A stretch of 64,000 nt of DNA. It comes from Scenedesmus sp. PABB004 (taxonomy: Eukaryota). The stretch covers positions 310,001-374,000 of the forward strand of contig JABVCE010000008.1 of assembly GCA_014905635.1 (NCBI GenBank). Direction: 5' to 3'. The translations under genes were made by a program, and so were the position numbers. Positions 61,353 to 64,000 of this stretch are shown piece by piece. The notes under the pieces were generated by a model that saw only the letters and a list, made by a program, of their open reading frames with translations, searched no databases and had not been told where the DNA came from. The stretch's first letter is position 1. The number at the start of each line of letters is the position of its first letter.

Positions 61353-62583
61353 ATGGCGGCCGCCCCGCGCGCCCTCGCGGCCGCGCAGCCCTGCACCACC
61401 CTGCCGCGCGCAGCCGCCCGGCCGCCGCCGCCGCTGCGCGCGGAGCGGCAGCAGCGGCGACCGGGGCGGCAGCAGCAGCAGCAGCAGTCGCAGCAGCAGC
61501 ACCGCCGCGCTCGCGGGCCCGCGCCGCCGCGCGCCACCCCGGGTGCGGCCGCGGAGCACGCCGCCGCCGCTCTGGGTCCTCCCCCGCCGCCTCACCGCCA
61601 CCGCCGGCCCGCGCCAGGCCTGGGCGACGAGGAGCTCGACGTCGCCGTCTTCCGCTTCACGCTCGGCATTCCGGGCTTTGACGACGCCAACATCCCCCGC
61701 GTCGTCGGCGCGGCCGTCGCGGCGCTCGTCGCGGTCAACCACGCGCTCGGCGCCGACCCCGCGCCGCCGGCCCAGGCGCGCGCGCGCCGCCGCCGCGCAA
61801 GCGGCGCAGGGGCGACGGCCGCCGCGCCCCCCCCCCCCCCCCCGCGCGCCCCGTCGTGAGAAGACCCGCGCCCGCGCCGCCGCAGGTGCGCGCGGAGTTC
61901 CTGGACGTGCTGCTCGCGGTGCTCTGCTTTGCGGCGCCGGAGCTCGAGGCGCGCCTGCGCGAGGCGGGCCCGGGCCGCGGCCGCGCGGGCGCGGGGCAGG
62001 TCGCGGGCGCGGCGCAGCTGTTTGCGCTCGCGGAGGGCCAGTCCGAGGCGGCGCGTAAGGAGCTGGCGTGGGCGTCGTTCGCGCTGCTCAAAAACGTCAA
62101 CGCCTGCAGCGTGGTGCTGCTGCAGCCGGAGCGCGGCGCCGCGCTGCTCGCGCGCGGCGCGCTCGCCGCGGCGGCCGTCGCCGGCGGCGACGCGGCGGTC
62201 GCACTTGCGCACGTCGGCGCCGACGCGCGCGACGGCGGCGCCGGCGGCCTGCTGCAGGGCGGGCAGCAGCAGCGCTGGCTGCCGGACCGCGGCGCGATGC
62301 GGGCGGCGGGCGTCGCCGGCTGGGCGTGCGTGCCGGAGGGCGCGCAGTCGGCGCTCGTGCAGGCGGTGCCGGGCGGCGCGCTGCTGCTGGTGCTCGGCGA
62401 GCGACCGAGGTGCGCGCGCGGCGCGCGCGGGGCGCGCGCGGGGCGCGCGCGGGGCGAGCATGGCTGCGGCGGCGACCTGACGCCGCACGTGCAACGGCCG
62501 CCCGCCGCAGGGCGCTGTCGGACAAGGACCAGCGCTGGGTGGCAGCGCTGGCCGCCAAGCTCGGCGGCGTGCTGGCCGCGTGA
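61353..62583 (+). CDS. CCB2: Cofactor assembly of complex C subunit B protein CCB2 (cytochrome b6 heme ci attachment); about 4 exons
   Basis: Transit-peptide-like N-terminus; ELDVAVFRFTLGIPGFDDANIPRVVG, AQ|VRAEFL, ELAWASFALLKNVNACSV, RPRALSDKDQRWVAALAAKL. Confidence 0.88.
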
Positions 62584-62729
62584 CGCGCGGCGCCTGCCGC
62601 TGGCCGCGCCGCCGCGGGTGCGGGCGTGCTGGTCACTGGCTCGTCACACGCGCGGGATGCGCACCGCAGGTGCAGTGCAGTCCTGCAGGCATGCACACTG
62701 ATCGGTAAACGCCCGCGCGCAGCGCCCCC

Positions 62730-63515
62730 CTACGCGCGCCGCTTGCTGCTGCGGCGCCAGCTCCAGCTGAAGCCGCCGCCGCCGCGGTGCCAAAACATGC
62801 TCCCGCCCGTCGGCGCGCCGCCGCCGGCCGCCGCCGCCGCCGCCGCCGCGGCCTGCACGCGGTCCGCGTCCTGCGCGCCCTCGCCCTCCAGCAGCCCGCC
62901 GAGGCGCAGGCTGCTGCCCGCGGCGCGGCGCGGCAGCGCGAGCGCCTGCGGCCGCGCGCTGGAGTTGCCGCCGCTGCCCGCGTTCATGTGGACCAGCTCC
63001 TCCTCCTCCTCATACGTCACGCCGTTGGCGGCGCGCCAGCGCCGCGTGCGGCGGATCGTGACCAGCTTGCCGCCGCCGCCGCCGCCGCCCCGCCCGCCGC
63101 CTGCGCGGGCGCGGCGCGCGGGCAGCAGGGCCGCGGGTGAGCGCGCGCCACGCGCCGCACCGCACCGCACCGTGACCGGGGCGAGCGACGGCACCCGCCG
63201 CGCCCCCGCCCGCCCGCGAGCGCGGCGCCCACCTCCGCCGCCGCCGCCGCCGCCGCCGCCACCTGTAGCGGCAAAGGGCAGCGGTGAGGTCGCGCCGGCA
63301 GCGCGCGGCGCGGCCACGAGCGTGGCAAGCGCGCGAGGGCGCCAGCGCGCGAGGGCGCCAGCGCGCGGCGCTCACCGCCGCCGCCGCCGCCGCCGCCACC
63401 GTCGTCGCCGCCGCCGCCGCCACCGCCTGCGGGGTCAAAAGAGGCGGCGTGCGCGTCAGGTGCCGCCCGCGCCACACGACGCCCCCCCCCCCCCCCCCCC
63501 CGCCGCCGCCGGCCT

Positions 63516-63551
<36 letters not shown>

Positions 63552-64000
63552 GTCGCCGCCGCCGCCGGGCGCAACGCCGCCGTAGAGCTCGCACGCCATG
63601 CAGCAGCCGCGGCGGCCGCGGCCGCCGAGGATGCGGTACGCGCACTTGCCGCCGTCGTACGCGCAGAGCGCGCCCCAGTAGGGGCAGGCGCTGCCCGCGT
63701 CGAGCGTCACGCACAGCTGCGCGTCGCCGACGTCGAAAAAGTCCATGCCCAGGTGCCCGACCACGAGCCGCGGCCCCGCCGCCGACTTGGTCACCTCCCA
63801 GGACGGCAGCGGCACGCGGTTCAGCGACACGCCGAGCACCGAGCCGTCGCAGCCCGGGTCTGCGCGCCGCGCGGGGCGGGCGCGGGGGCGGGGGTGGGGC
63901 GCGAGCGGGCGCGCGGGCGGCGCAGGGCGCGAGCGCCGCCGTGCTCGACCGCCACCGCGCCCGCGCCGCCGCCGCGCGCGGCCGCCGCGGCTCACTGATG
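62730..64000 (-). CDS. Pherophorin-domain extracellular matrix protein, 5'-partial
   Basis: Cys pattern QLCVTLDAGSACPYWGALC..GKCAYRILGG...CC is typical of pherophorin domains; Ala/Gly-rich tail ending in TAG at 62730-62732. Confidence 0.65.

Noticed and set aside
1..64000. Hundreds of long overlapping Arg/Ala/Pro/Gly-rich ORFs in the six-frame track
   Set aside because: Stop codons are rare at this GC content; these are shadow or antisense frames of the spliced genes.

Overview
Eukaryotic nuclear DNA of extremely high GC content (roughly 75-80% by eye), gene-dense with many short introns. The gene set, TGTAA poly(A) signals and GTGCG/GCGCG donors point to a chlorophyte green alga, probably Sphaeropleales (inference). 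I reconstructed 16 genes by hand: RPL31 (partial), plastid-type CDP-DAG synthase, GDP-mannose transporter, an unknown secreted/GPI-type protein, CFAP52, HSC20, an AP2/ERF factor, a PTS2-bearing SDR, a FAAP100-like protein, a PTB/PiT phosphate transporter, RPL7, a 14-kb KDM5/JARID1-family gene, a ZIP transporter, Fd-GOGAT, CCB2 and a partial pherophorin-domain gene. Most ORFs in the supplied track are GC-driven artefacts. Most notable observations: (1) about 20 of about 97 introns use GC-AG donors, all preceded by exonic AG; (2) the KDM5-like JmjC domain has lost all three Fe(II) ligands but keeps its ARID, PHD and zinc-finger modules; (3) a ~5-kb mosaic block (phosphate transporter with a P1BS site, orphan signal-peptide exon, higher-order tandem array) is bracketed by a direct duplication of the 3' end of the neighbouring gene; (4) a 92-bp nested palindrome lies in a GOGAT intron; (5) a probable Fanconi core-complex FAAP100 homologue is present. 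Several 1-2 bp frameshifts at homopolymers or simple repeats look like assembly errors.
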